Positions 63,901-64,000 of a stretch of 64,000 bases of DNA are shown piece after piece. Source of the DNA: Phoronis australis (Eukaryota; Animalia; Phoronida). The notes under the pieces are model-generated. The model did not search any database. It was not told the DNA's origin and was given only the letters and a program-made list of their open reading frames with translations. Position numbers and translations under genes: made by a program. Numbering within the stretch: the first letter of the stretch is position 1; the number at the start of each line of letters is the position of its first letter. The stretch spans positions 1 to 64,000 of the forward strand of contig NMRA01000010.1 in NCBI GenBank assembly GCA_002633005.1. The letters are read 5' to 3'.

Positions 63901-64000
63901 GTTACTAAAGTTGTTTATTTTAAACCTGACCGTGAAAAGACCAGTATGTTTGCATGCATTTATGCGTCAAAGCATTTCTCGCAGCGTTTTCGTTGGGCGG

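Overview
Animal (intron-rich, AT-rich, probably invertebrate) genomic DNA; the species cannot be determined from sequence alone. Bases ~190-9137 are a deleted Polinton/Maverick (adintovirus-like) element bounded by ~530-550 bp inverted repeats. It retains a chromodomain-bearing DDE integrase, a penton N-terminal half, small virion-type ORFs and a broken pPolB C-terminus. Where the rest of the capsid module should be, it instead encloses an intron-containing host fragment (CUB, LDLa and trypsin exons). A 1991-bp internal duplication is joined at a single N and may be an assembly artefact. The rest of the window holds two convergent CNBD2-like cyclic-nucleotide-binding paralogs (+ strand 12418-29924; - strand 33634-57881, possibly to 61233) with reciprocal intron differences. 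Their introns contain nested DNA-transposon relics (Academ inside a Kolobok-like THAP element, an ISL2EU-like element inside a 5-bp-TSD MITE, a hAT fragment) and minisatellites, one of which reiterates a splice donor eight times. A fold-back element made of diverged Polinton TIRs sits between the two 3' ends, and a LINE RT fragment lies near the right end of the window. All calls come from reading the sequence by eye; no searches were run.
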